Positions 21,801 through 34,100 of a DNA stretch of 64,000 nucleotides are shown here, piece by piece (position 1 is the stretch's first letter; every line of letters begins with the position of its first letter). The DNA lies in the NCBI GenBank assembly GCA_043228905.1, contig JBHGNT010000012.1:18910001-18974000 (forward strand), in the 5' to 3' direction. The notes beneath the pieces were generated by a model, which was not told the DNA's origin, did no database searches, and was given only the letters and a program-made list of their open reading frames with translations. The translations under genes were made by a program, and so were the position numbers. This stretch comes from Azolla caroliniana. Taxonomy: Eukaryota; Plantae; Polypodiophyta.

Positions 21801-22798
21801 TCACCCGTAGGGGTCTTCTAGTCTCGCTTGAGCAGATCATGTTGTCCTCTATGTATACGATATTTTGTCGAATCGCCTCTCGAAGGCTCGCACAATCCCT
21901 TCTCATGTGGTCCATGCTATCGCACCACACGCATCTAAAGGGTTCTTTTCCTTTAGGGCCCCGACGATTCATGTTGGCTAGCGTGACCTTCTCGAACTTC
22001 TTCGCTAGCTCTTCAATGATGTCGTCATCAATCTTCTTTTCTTCCACGTTACTTGTCTTGGCGGCTCAGCTACTTTCGGCGGTCTTGCTTTCTCCGTGGT
22101 AGTCGATCCCGTCAAGTCGGTGTCATCAACCCATTGGTGATGCTTGTCGAGCCTATTGCATGCCCGCTTCACCGTGATCCAGTCCGCTACGAGCCCATTT
22201 GCTTGGGTATCATCTTCGAGAAGAGTCCCCAACTCCCATCTATCCTTTATGTCCACGGCCTTCAAGAAGTACAAAGTCTTGTCCGCTTCAAGCAACACTT
22301 GGTCCATATTGGGGAGACGACTAAACATCTGGTCGAATTCGTCGTACACCCTCAAGACGCTCATCTTCTTATTCTTCTTCTCTATCCACTTCATCAGGGC
22401 ATGTCGAGTCATCCTCGTTGAGTCTTCAGTCACGAACTCCGCTAGTATCATTTTCTCGAACTCGAACCATGTTGCCTTACCTTCTTGAAGCTCGATGACG
22501 CGTCTTTGGATGTTGTTGGCGACAACTCTCTTGAAGCTTGCGATTTAACGTGCCTCGGACACGTCCCTCTGATTCATCTCCCTTCTATATGCATCAAGGA
22601 ACTTCGTAACGTTCCTTCCATCGAATTGGCCCTCGAGCTCTACGACACGATCGACAGCCTTCTCCACGCTCGCGTCATTGTCCCGAGATTTCATCATTTG
22701 CTCGACGATTAGCATCATCCTTCCGAGCTCTCCTGCTTGGTTGCTTGAGGACGCCATCTCCAAGTATTAATCTCGACTTGATCCTTCCTACTGCCTCG

Positions 22799-22816
22799 TT
22801 CACGTCGGGTTCACCA
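22799..22816 (-). promoter_or_regulatory. PBS of B, complementary to the tRNA-Trp 3' end
   Basis: TGGTGAACCCGACGTGAA; matches the recalled plant tRNA-Trp end ...TTCACGTCGGGTTCACCA. Confidence 0.85.
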
Positions 22817-23285
22817 CTTAATTATGTCGTGAAGATCCGTCACTACGCGCAGATCGTGAGGCAGAACCGTCGGGGTTCTAGACCGGAAGGATTCAAAGTC
22901 AGTACAAGTTTTGGCACAAGCTTTGGCGAGAAAGTACTTAAGATAGATTGGGAAAGAGAGAAGTTGAGATTAAATGATTGAGAGAAATTGATTGATCTTT
23001 TATCTTTGGATTTAAGAAACAATTTACATGATCAATTTGATAACGAATTTCTTCTTCTTAATTTCATAACAAAAAAAAAAACCTCGTTTTTTCTCCTCCC
23101 CCTTCTTTTATAGATGCTCTCATGCATATGATGCATGTGAGGGTACAAGACATGCATAAAATGCATGTTTGCCATTTGGCGCTTGTGTATTACATGTGGT
23201 GCATGATAACCATGTCACTCATTTTAGCTCTCATGTATGAGAATTTTCCTGTAAAAGTACAATGATAGAAATATAAATTTAACTA

Positions 23286-23356
23286 AATGGCATGGCTTAA
23301 TGGTAAGACAATTAACTCCTAACTCGGAGGTGCAAGGTTCGAATCCTTACTTGCCC
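23286..23356 (+). other. tRNA-like (pseudo) sequence inside LTR B
   Basis: A box TGGCTTAATGG 23293-23303 and B box GGTTCGAATCC 23336-23346 at exact tRNA spacing; loop CT-CCT-AA; anticodon stem does not pair. Confidence 0.8.
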
Positions 23357-23410
23357 TCCTTGTATATGTATATAATATGTATATATATTTATATATTTAT
23401 TTATCTAGTC

Positions 23411-23550
23411 ACCGGATGCCGGATGCCGTCGGTTACCGGTGCCGCGTCGGATGCCGGATGCCGTCACCTTGTCGTCGCCGAATACCGTCACCGGATTGCC
23501 GTCGGATGCCGGTGTCTCACTGGCGCCGGATGCCGCCAGATCACCGGCTC
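23411..23550. repeat. GC-rich short tandem repeats (CCGGATG-like) in LTR B
   Basis: Repeated ccggatgcc / gtcaccgg units. Confidence 0.75.
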
Positions 23551-23934
23551 CATCGTTGGTCCGGGTTTGGTTGGCCAAAACCCTTTACAAGTAGCTAGCC
23601 CACCTCCACTCTTAGTTCAAGTTACCTTGAACTCTCTATGCTCCACACATAGACACAAAGATAATATCTTTTGCTCTACCTTATATATGATGAGAGCCGT
23701 ATTTGTTGTGCCTATGTGGGATATCTCACAATTTTCTCTTTTCCTTTCACAAACTTTATACCCTCATATCTTGACATTTAGTTGTCCATTTCTCGTGTAA
23801 TAAAGTGCATTCGAAACCTCCATCATTTTGTACTTAGATATTAAATTTATTTAAAATGTAATCTTCACAATTATTGTATTATGTGATTCATACTTGATTT
23901 TGTACGTTTTATGGAATTTTCACACTATTGCCGA

Positions 23935-24430
23935 AAATCCTTCGTCCGTCTCGGCCTTCTTTGCCGTCTTTGCCTCTGACGATCTCAATCGCCGCACACA
24001 AACCGTCTGCGATCAATACCGGCCAATCCACATTGATCCCTTCATAGGTGGCGATGATCATCCCTGCCCGATTCTGCGGCATGACAGGGGGTCTAGGGTA
24101 CACATGGCCGTATTCGTGGAGCACACGAGCAATCTCGCGGAACAACATATCTCCACCGCCCTATGTCCGGTAGCCCTTGCTGGCTAGGGAGTACTCACCA
24201 AAATACTTGATGAGTTGCTCCAAGGTCGGATTGTCAATCGTGAGTATGCCTCCCTCCGGAAGGCCTATTAACGCACGGATCACCTCCCCCGTTATGACCT
24301 CTGTGTCGATTTCTTTGATAACCTTGTCGGCTTCTTTGTGTGGTGGTACCTCCATAATCGTCAAGAAGCCCTCGAGCCCGTGTTGCTTTAGCCATTTCTT
24401 AGCGGCTTCTGACAGAGTTTGTGGGTCCAT
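23935..24430 (-). pseudogene. Remnant of the extra 3' ORF of C
   Basis: YFGEYSLASKGYRT...ATYEGINVDW is homologous to YFGEYSLSSKAYRT...ATFEGLQVDW in the F ORF. Confidence 0.85.
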
Positions 24431-24797
24431 GTCTGTGTCGAGGTCGGATTGTGGTGGCGAGGTTGGATGGTGATGAGAGTGAGATTGAGAGAGAGAGTTC
24501 AGAAAGCGGGGGTTCTCTGTGCGTAGGTTCTCGTCTAATGATCTTCCAGCGCCTTGGTGCTTCTGTGCTCCTGGGTTCGCGAAAGTAGAGGGTCTCCACG
24601 CGCAGTGGTTTTTCTCTGTGCATTTTGGCGCCTTTTTCGAGTGTGTGCACGTCGTGTACTAAAATAGCATTATGTCCTGTGGTGGCGCTTAAATGCCCAC
24701 TACATACCTTTTCGCTCCTCGCTCTCTCTCATACCTCGCTTTTGCATGATTACCTCGCTTCTTTTTCTTTTCTTTTTTTTTTAAATGTGGTGTGAGG

Positions 24798-27700
24798 TTA
24801 GTTTTCCGTTGGTCCTATCGGACCCTTACCGGCCTCATTACGGTTTGTCGTCGCCTCATTCTCCCCTGTTACCGGCTTGCCGTCTCCTCCGTCTTGGTGG
24901 TTGGCGTTGCCCTCACAGGTTGTCGTTTCCTCACATGTGTCGGTCCTTTGCTCAAATGGGTTCTTAGGCATCGGTCCTCTATATGTCTTCAATCGGAATC
25001 CGTTGACCCATTTGCCTAGCACTTCCCCGGCAAGTGTCCCTAACTTGTAGGACCCATTATACTCACGTGTTAGCCAATACGAGCCGGTCCATCTAAACCG
25101 TAGTTTTCCCAGCATCTTGCCCATCCGGGTCTGAAATACTAACACCGGCTTGCCGATTGCGAACATTTTTTCATTTCCTTTCCTGTGTCGGTCGACAAAT
25201 GCTTTCCGTCGCCGTTGTTCCAATTCTAAGTGCAGGATGCTTGCCAGTCATTGTTCCTCGAGTTCACACAGCGCTGTTAACCGTATTGCCTCCGACTCCT
25301 TCTCGTTCAGCCATTCCCGTAGCTGGATCCGTAAGTTGGGTACTTGGAATTCCACCGGCATTACCGCCTCTAGTTCGAACGCTAACCGGAACGGTGTTGT
25401 TCGGATGCTCGTTTTATATGCCGTCCGGTATGCCCAAAGCGTGCTATGTAGCTTGGTATCCCAATCCGTTCGGTTTTCGTTGACGATCTTCCGGAGGATA
25501 TTCTGGAGCGTTTTGTTCGTCGATTCAGCTAACCCGTTTGCTTGCGGATAGTATGGTGTGCTCCGTTTATGGACAACGGCATAGAATGTCGTCAGGCTTT
25601 CAACTACTTGGCCGAGAAAGTGCCCCCCTTGGTCGCTTATTAATTCAATTGGGCATCCGTAACGGCACAAGATGTATTCGTATAGAAATTTTGCCGTTGA
25701 CGCAACGGTGTTGTCTCTTAAGGCTTTGGCCTCCACCCATTTCGTGCAGTAATCCGTCGCCACGATGACGTACCGATTACCTATTCTCATTGCCAGTGGT
25801 TTGAATGGTCCAACAAAGTCCAGCCCCCACTTCTGGAATGGTTCGAGTGGTAGTACAGGTTGGTGTGGCATCCGAGCCTGCTCCGTTGGCTGGCCCATTC
25901 GCTGGCATAGGTCACATTCTTTTGCATACCGTACAGCATCTCTTAATGTAGTTGGCCACCATAGGCCACTTTGCCATATTTTCCTGGTCGTCGCATCTCC
26001 GGCATCGTGACCTCTGGCAACTCCGAAGTGGGCTTCCCTCAGTATGAGGTCCTTTTCATCGCTGCGCACCGCCCGTCTCCATATGCCGTCCGCGCCCTTG
26101 TGGTAAAGTGTGTCTCGCAGTAAGCAGAAATGTCGGCTTTGCACCGCCAGGCGTTTCCTTTCGTCCCGGTTCATCTCCTCCGGAGGCAGTCCTGTGCTCA
26201 AAAACTGGTGCATGTTTGTGAGCCACTTGTCTTCCTGTGCCACCGATTCATCTGCTGCAGTTTCCGTAGTGACTCGAAACAGCTCTGCATCCAGAAACTC
26301 GTCCACTACTCCGTCACCCGTCTCTCCGGACTCTAATCGGCTTAAATAATCCGCTACGGCGTGCTGTATACCGGGTCGGTGGAATATTTCGAACTCGAAT
26401 TCCTGTAACAGTAAGGTCCACCGAGCCAACTTACCGGTGAGTGACGCCTTGGACACCAGGTAGAGGAGTGCCGAATGATCTACATGGAAGGAAAACGTCC
26501 TTCCCAATAAATAATGCCGAAACTTTGTCATGATGTAAATCATCCCTAGAGCTTCCCGTTCCGTGGTAGAGTAGTTCCGTTCCGCTTGGGATAGCTTTCG
26601 GCTGGCATAGTACACTGGCCGGTACCACTTTGGCTCCGTAAGCTGCATCAGTACGCTTCCGATTGCGATGTCAGAGGCGTCCACGAACACATGAAATTCT
26701 TTACTCCAATCCGGGGGCTGCACTACCGGTGCTTGCGACAATAGTACCTTGAGGGCCCTATACGCCCTATCCTCGGTGTCGGTCAACTGGAATGGTGTCC
26801 GATGTACGGCGGCATGCAACGGTGTAGCCAGGTCGGCCAAGTATCGGAGCATCCGGCTGTGCCATCGGATCTGTCCTAAGAACCGGCTCAATGCCTTTGC
26901 CGTTGCCGGCGCCGGTGCTTCTAATATGGCTTTCACTTTGTTCGGGTCGACTGCAATACCTTCCTGGCTCACAATATGTCCTAATAAGGTTCCACTGGAC
27001 ATGCCAAATACACACTTTTTCCGGATTCAAGCTTAGCCGGTATGCTCTACACTTTTCTAGACAAAGACGGAGGTGCTGAAAATGGTCCTCCTCCCGGCTA
27101 TAGACGGCGAAATCGTCAAGTAAAACCTGCATAAAAGCTGGGATATATTCACCAAAGATTTCCATGATGATTCGTTGAAATGTTGTCGGTGCCGTTTTGA
27201 GTCCGAACATCATCACCACGGCCACAAACACCCCCCATTCGGTGACGAAAGCCGTTTTCTCTTGGTCGTCGGGGTGCATCCAGATCTGATTATACCCGCT
27301 GAATCCGTCTAGAAAACTATAGACCTCATGGCCGGCGACGGCATCCAACACTCCATCTGTGAACGGAAGTGGAAACGCATCCGTTACCGTAGCCGCATTG
27401 AGTTTCCGGTAGTCCACACAAACTCGAATTTTTCCGTTCTTCTTCGGTACGACTACAATCGGGCTCAGCCATGTCGCTTTCTTTACCGGACGGATAAAGC
27501 CCACTCTTAGCAGTTTGTCGATTTCCTCCTTGACTTTGGCAGCATAATTGGGATTCATCCGGTACCGTCTCTGTGCCACTGGTTTTGCGTCCTTGCTCAA
27601 GTGAATCTGATGCTGGTATAACTGAGGGTCGAGTCCGCGCATGTCTTCATATGACCAGGCGAACACGTCGCGAAATTCCGTGAGAAGTGTGATCATCGTC

Positions 27701-30633
27701 GTTTTGTCTTCGGACTTCATCTCCTTGGCGATGTGCACCGGTTTTGCTTCGTCCGTGATCCCTAGGTTCACCTCTTCAAGTTGCAACGCTTTTACGCGCT
27801 ATGAAACGGCCATTTCCCGTTCCAACGCTTCCTGCGCTTGTCGTAACTCTCGGATTGCGTCTTTATCCGATTCTGCTTCAGTCTCTTCCGGTTGCGGTAA
27901 GTATGGTGCTACTGCTTCGGCAATGTCAATTTCGAAGAGGGGTACGATCTTCGGGTTTTCCTGCAAATACTGAGCTTCTTCTTCGTCAGCTAACCCTTCT
28001 AGCATGTTGACGCACTCTGCATACAACGGTGTACATTCCTTGCCAGTGCTCGTCCTTGGCTATGTTGGTACCCGTACCTTGGCTTTTTCTCGCCGGAAGG
28101 TAATTATATTTTTCCTCCAATTCTGCTTGATATGTGCCGTTTTCAACCACGGCCACCCCAGCAATAGCGGGTATGCGCCTTGTGCCTGTAATTGTAGCAC
28201 TACTACCGAGATGTGAAATGTGTGACCGCCAACGGTGACTTCTAATTTTCGTATTAATCCTGTCGGCCACACTGAGCTTGTATCGGCCATCCGTAACCAG
28301 AACGGACACGGCTCCCACTCATGGATTCCCAGGTCATCACACGTCCGGAGGCTTATTACATTCACCCCGGAGCCTCCGTCTATTACTGTGCCGGGGAGTT
28401 CTTTCCCTTTTATAATTGCAGTAATTACCGGACTGCTGCTGTCCACCACCATTGGTCCCTCCTCCGGATTCGAGAAGAGTACTGGTGCCGGTGATGATTC
28501 TCCTCCCGTCATGGCTGTCTTCAATCCTTCCGTGAATCTTGGCACGAGCTGTAGGAGTCTTCCTAGTGGCAGCGTAATCTGGCATTCTTGCAACGCCTGC
28601 CATGTCTCGTTCTCGGAGTGACTGCCGTCGGCAAGCCCTACGGTGTTCTCCTTTTGCCGTTGTAAGTCTGTGACATTTTGCTCGTTTGCTTTCTTCACCC
28701 ATTCCGTCGCTTGCTTCCGGATGGTCTCCTGCGTCTCCCATTCCTTGGCCATGCCCTTCGACCTTGTGGTCACCTGCTGCAGATCTGCCACTTCAGGGAC
28801 TACCATATTTACTGCCAGTCGTTTGTCATAGCTCTTCGCCGGGCATTGATTACTATAATGGCCTTCCTGTCGGCAGTAGTAGCGGTAGACTTTCTGGGTA
28901 TTGCTAGATTTGGCATTGTCTGTTGTACCCGAGGCAGGTCCCGTGGTAAGCGCGGGGTTTTGGGCCGGTTGGCTGCTTGAAGCTCCTTGTTCCGGATCCT
29001 GTGGGTAGCCGCCTTTTTTGAAATGTCATTTTTTGTTATAGTACTTCTTATTGCGGTACTCTTGACGAGATTGCTCGTTATATCTGCCGTATTCCTCCCG
29101 TTGCTAACGATACCCGGGGGAGTGCTCCCGGTCGTAATGTTCGTATCGTCTATTGTAATCCCGGTACCGATCATATCTATCATGCCGGTCATAGTTATCC
29201 CGCCGATCACTGTACCGGACATCATTCTCCCGTCGATCGCCATACCGGACATCCTGTGCCGGTTGGTCGCGGTCCATTCGCCGCCAGCGTTCCTCTTCTT
29301 CATCCTGGCTGCTGCGTGGCTCTATTTGTCGGACGGGTGGTGCTTGCCGATTCAATAGATTATACTCGCACCTATCCGTCGTATGGCCCTTGGATTGACA
29401 GATTACACATTGCGTCCTCATAGTGCATTCTAGTGCCGAGTGTCCAGAATTCAAGCAGGTTGTGCACTGTATTGCTTGCCGAAACCGGAGGTCTTCATCG
29501 GACGGTAACGCCCGTTGGAGTGCTCCCAGTGTGAGCCAGGAGCTTGTCTTTTCCATCTCTCTCACTCGGTCAATGACCTAGTCGATGGTACTTGCGCGGA
29601 AGTCAATTACCGTGCACACCGTGCGTAGGGGTTCCCGGAGCGCATTCAGAAATATAGTCCGTAATTCCTCCTCCGGGGGTGTGCAGGCAAGCTGACTATG
29701 CATCCGTTGAAACCGGATGACAAACTGGGGAATGCTCTCCCCTGCCTCCTGTCGAATGGTATAAAACAAGCCCACCATTACTGTCTGGTCCACCTCCTTT
29801 TGGAAAAAATGCAAGAATTTAGCTTTTAAATCTGCGAAGGTGGTGATGGTAGACGGGTCCTGCGTCCGGCGCCATCTCGTTGTCGGTCCTTCCAATGTGA
29901 CGCCAAATTCTGCTATCTTAGAGCGTTCCTCTTCCTCCGGGGTCAATCGCTGGGACACATGGTTTGCTTCCCATGTCTGTTCAAAGGCGTGAACATGAGC
30001 TTCCGCGTCCGGATCATCTCTATACTTGGAGTACTGGAACGGCATGTCGTCGTCCGGTATTGGTGCGCGGGCTGGCAGTGTTGGTGGTCGTTCCTGGTTT
30101 TTCTCCGGCGTCGGTGGTCTTTCCTGATTTGTTTCCGGCATCGGTGGTCTTTCCTCTTCTTTTGGTGATGGAGGCCTCTCCTCTTCGACTTCTGGTGTCG
30201 GAGGTCGCTCTTCCTCTGTTGGTTCCGGAGGTTCCAGCCTTAGCACTTCCGGTTCCGGTGTCGGTAAGGTGTCCGATCCTTTGTCCTCCGGTCCGCCCGG
30301 GGTTTCATTGCTACTACGGTAGTTCGTGTGCACGTTGTATTCCCCTTCGGAATCCGATTCATACGCTGAAAAGGCTTTTGCTTCGCCTTCTCCGTTTGCC
30401 AACGCTTGGAGAAGGGATTCGGTTTCCCAGAGGCTGCTTAGGCTGCTACCGTCGTCCGGGTGCGATGTTTGCTGTAACCAGAGGGAGTCCTCCGCTACTC
30501 TCTGGATTACGTTGGAAAACGAGCGATCCACTCTAATTTCCTGCGCCGCTTGCTGGAAAGCCTCACATCTCCTTTGCCTTTCGGCAAGGCGTCGAGTTCG
30601 ATCTGTAACCAGGTCATGTGTTGATCTAGTCAT
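24798..30633 (-). pseudogene. Gag-pol of C (fragmented)
   Basis: ORF pieces 29578-30720, 29104-29565 (two CCHC), 28060-28806, 26767-27786, 25248-27002 and 24798-25223, separated by stops or frameshifts. Confidence 0.9.
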
Positions 30634-31119
30634 CCATCTGTGCCGTCGTTCGCTGCAAAAACAGGAATCGTGGTCGCCAAAAACTGTGTTAACTCTTAGG
30701 GCCGGACAATGGCCTAACACAGGGTGTCTACGGAAGATACTTCACCAAAGGGGTGTTACGGCAAGAGGATTAGAATCAACGATTAATCCGACTTAATTAG
30801 GCTACTTAGTAAGATCGTCCTTAATAATCACACGCGTAAGATATAACAATGAATGCAAAACGGCAATTAACACAGAGAGATAAAAACACTAAGCTTTATT
30901 AATTAACCGATGCTCATTACATTGTATCCGGGCCTTTAAATAGGTTTCCGGTCTGTAGTACAAAACGGTGCCATCCGCACCTGTTCGGGATCGGTCCGGA
31001 TCCGGAACGGCATACCGATTCCGGTCCGTCCGTCCACACTCATAGCTTACTTACAACCATTCCTAATAATTAAATAACTCCCCGTTTCACACTCTGGACT
31101 CCTTTGTCAGCCGGTAACA

Positions 31120-34100
31120 CATGCTTTCGGTGCTTGTTTCAGTCCATTGAGGGCCTTTTTCAGCTTACAAACATATTCTGGATGCTTCTTATCTTCAAAA
31201 CCTAGTGGTTGACACATATACACTTCTTCTTCCAAGTTTCCATGTAAAAAAGCATTTTTTACATCTATATGGTGCAGAAACCATCTTTTGGCTGCACTCA
31301 CAACAAGTAGTGTCCTCAATGTTGCCATCTTTGCAACCGGTGCAAAAGTTTCATCATAATCAATTCAAGCATATCCCTTTGCCACAAGTCTTGCTTTATG
31401 TCTACTTACATTCCCATTTGAATCATGCTTTGTTTTGTAGACCCATTTGCAACCTACAACAATTTTTTCTTTTTTGTAACTTCACTAAATCCCATGTTTT
31501 GTTTTCAGCCAATGCATCTATTTCTTCTTGCATTGCATTCACCCATTTCTTATCAGATTTTGCTTCATCAAAATTATTTGGATCAAGGATTTGTACCACT
31601 TTAGACATATATGCATAATGCATAGCCATGTATGTATCATAACCAAATCTTTCAACTGTTTTTTTCTCTCTATCTGATCTTCTCAGTTTCTGACTTGCAT
31701 CTTTCATTGCCTTTTCCATACCAAGGATTTTCAAGGCTCCTATACCAAGCTCATTATCCAATGATGTATCTAAATCTACATCTTCCATGTTTCTAGACCC
31801 ATCATCAAGCATTTCATATTCTGGCATTTTCTGTTTTCCCTTTTTATCATCATATTTTTTATGTCCTGAATGTTTTCTACTCCATGCATTTGAATCAAAT
31901 TTACTACCAAAGTTTTTTAATGGTCCTGTACATTCTATTGATGTTGAACTTTGCTGTCCAACATTGTTTCCATCTCTGTGGTTATCTCTTACATTTTCAG
32001 ATTTATCCTTGTCTTCATCAGTTTCTACATTTTGTTTTGGGTTGTACCAGCTGCCCAACTCGTCAAATATTACATCCCGACTTACCACAATCTTCTCTGT
32101 CAAAGGGTTATAGCATCTATACCCTTTTTGTTCCTCTAAATATCCAACAAAAATACATTTTTCAGCTTTTGGATCAAGCTTACTTCTCACTTAAGTAGGT
32201 ACCTGCCTTGCATCCAAACACTTGTAAGTGTCCTAAACTAGGTTTCCTTCCATAGAAACATTCTTCAGGAGTTACTTCATGTACTCCAGATGTTATACAT
32301 CTATTTAGAATAAAGTTTGTTGTGTTTACAGCTTCTACCCAATAATACAATGGCATATTTTTTTCAATCATCATGGTTCTTGCTATGTTCACCAGAGTTC
32401 TATTTTTTCTCTCAGCAACTCCATTTTGTTGTGGGGTATATCTACATGTAAATTCTCTCCTTATTCCTTGATTGCATAGAAAATCAGAAAACTCATTTGA
32501 GAAGTATTCTCCTCCTCCATCAAATCTTAAACATTTTATTCTAGTTCCAACCTGCTTTTCTACCATGCATTTGAACTTACGAAAGCAATCAAATACTTCA
32601 CTTTTCTCTTTCATGAAGTAAACCCATGTTTTCCTTGAGCAATCATCAATAAAAGTTACATGGAACCTGCAACCACTAATTGATGCATTTTTTGTTGGTC
32701 CCCATACATCTGTATATATACCAAATCCAACAAATTTTTGGTTGCATGTCTTTTATCAAGGAAAGGCAACCTGTTTTGCTTTCCATATTGGCATGCTTCA
32801 CATATTTTGCTCATCTCACAATCTTTCAACTTAGGCAATCCAACCACTGCATTTTTCCTCAACATATTTTTCAAGGTTTGCATACTTATGTGACCGATTC
32901 TTTTATGTCACATTTCCACATCTGAGATTACACTCATTCCTTCTGCAAACATGGTTGTAATCTTTTTAGGCATATCCACATCTAGCACAAACATTAATGT
33001 CACGACACAATGACATGCTCCACTTCCCGCTCACCCCTACACCACGATTTCGAAAAAGCAACCGTAAAGGGGAGGATAATGTCATGACACAGTGACATGA
33101 AATACATAGTTGGTGAGTATTGAACCTACAACCTCACATCAAGAAGATGTCATGCTCAACCATTTTGATATGAGCATGCATTTGTATATAATGGTTTAGT
33201 ATTCTATAGTCTAGCATATAGTACATTTCAAAATTGATTGATAATACTCTAGTCGTTAGTATATTCTAGAAATATTGTATGGCATATTCTAGACAGCTAT
33301 ATTCTAGAGATATTTCTCGAGTATATTGTAGAGATATTCAATCTTGGAACATGTATAAAATACTTGTAACCTCCTTGGTCCCTTTCAGGGGATTCAACGC
33401 CAGTCATGGACATATCAATCTAGTATTCTCGTTTCGCCCATCTTCTCTCCTTAATCTTCATCTCTATCTTTATGCTCATGTGTCATTATGTCATCACTCT
33501 ATCGTAGCCTCATCATCCGTGCTCCGTCTTAGTCCGCACTTGGTGTGTCCGTGACAATTCTTCCTTGGCGTTTTCTTTTTGCAATAAGCTTTCCATGGTT
33601 CTCTATAAAGCACCCACTTTGCTTAAACTTAATTTGCATTCCTTGCTTTACTATCTATCCAACAGAAATCAGATTTTTTGCAAGGTTTGGCACGTGCATA
33701 ACATTCAGCATATACTTCGTTTTTCCTTTTTCTTCCCACAATGGGATATCTCCAACATGCTCGATTGTATGAGTGGTGTTATCACCTGTCTGTACATAAC
33801 AAGGAATCTCTGGTTCTCTTAAACTTTCAAACCAATTTGCATGTTTTGTCATATGATTAGATGCCCCAGAATCTACATACCATATATAATCTTCATTGCA
33901 TCTTTGTGAACATTCAACCATTGTTGTTGTTTCATGTTGCATCACAAATGCACCATCTTTATCACAATATTCACTAGTTGAAGCATAATTATTTTGCTGT
34001 CTCTTCCCTCTTTTTTCATCATTTTGCTTTTTATAGCATTCAGCCTGTGTATGATCAGGTTTTCCACAATACCAACAGCCATCATCATTCAAATAGGTTT

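Larger units (their letters stand above)
18818..23776 (-). mobile_element. Degenerate Ty3/gypsy element B (5' LTR, gag, PR, RT), continuing at 3044-4372
   Basis: Gag FDGRNVTKFL, CVWCDSMDHMRRDC; protease ALMDHGSEIN; RT GDLYSGYDQ, LPQGATNS, PFLDD; several stops and frameshifts. Confidence 0.92.
22825..23776 (-). repeat. Putative 5' LTR of B (about 950 bp)
   Basis: TGTC...GACA termini, TATAAAA on the minus strand near 23110, next to the PBS. The partner LTR is not in the window, so the outer boundary is inferred. Confidence 0.7.
23935..31119 (-). mobile_element. Athila-like non-chromovirus gypsy element C, 3'-truncated, inserted in the copia RT
   Basis: LTR 30687-31119 (TGTTA...TAACA); PBS TGGCGACCAC 30670-30679 (tRNA-Arg-like); gag, PR (VIDGGSG), RT, RH, INT, then an extra ORF. 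The flank reads copia LKQAPKA. Confidence 0.92.

Noticed and set aside
23286-23356. Functional tRNA-Arg(CCT) gene
   Set aside because: Anticodon and acceptor stems do not pair; reported as tRNA-like only
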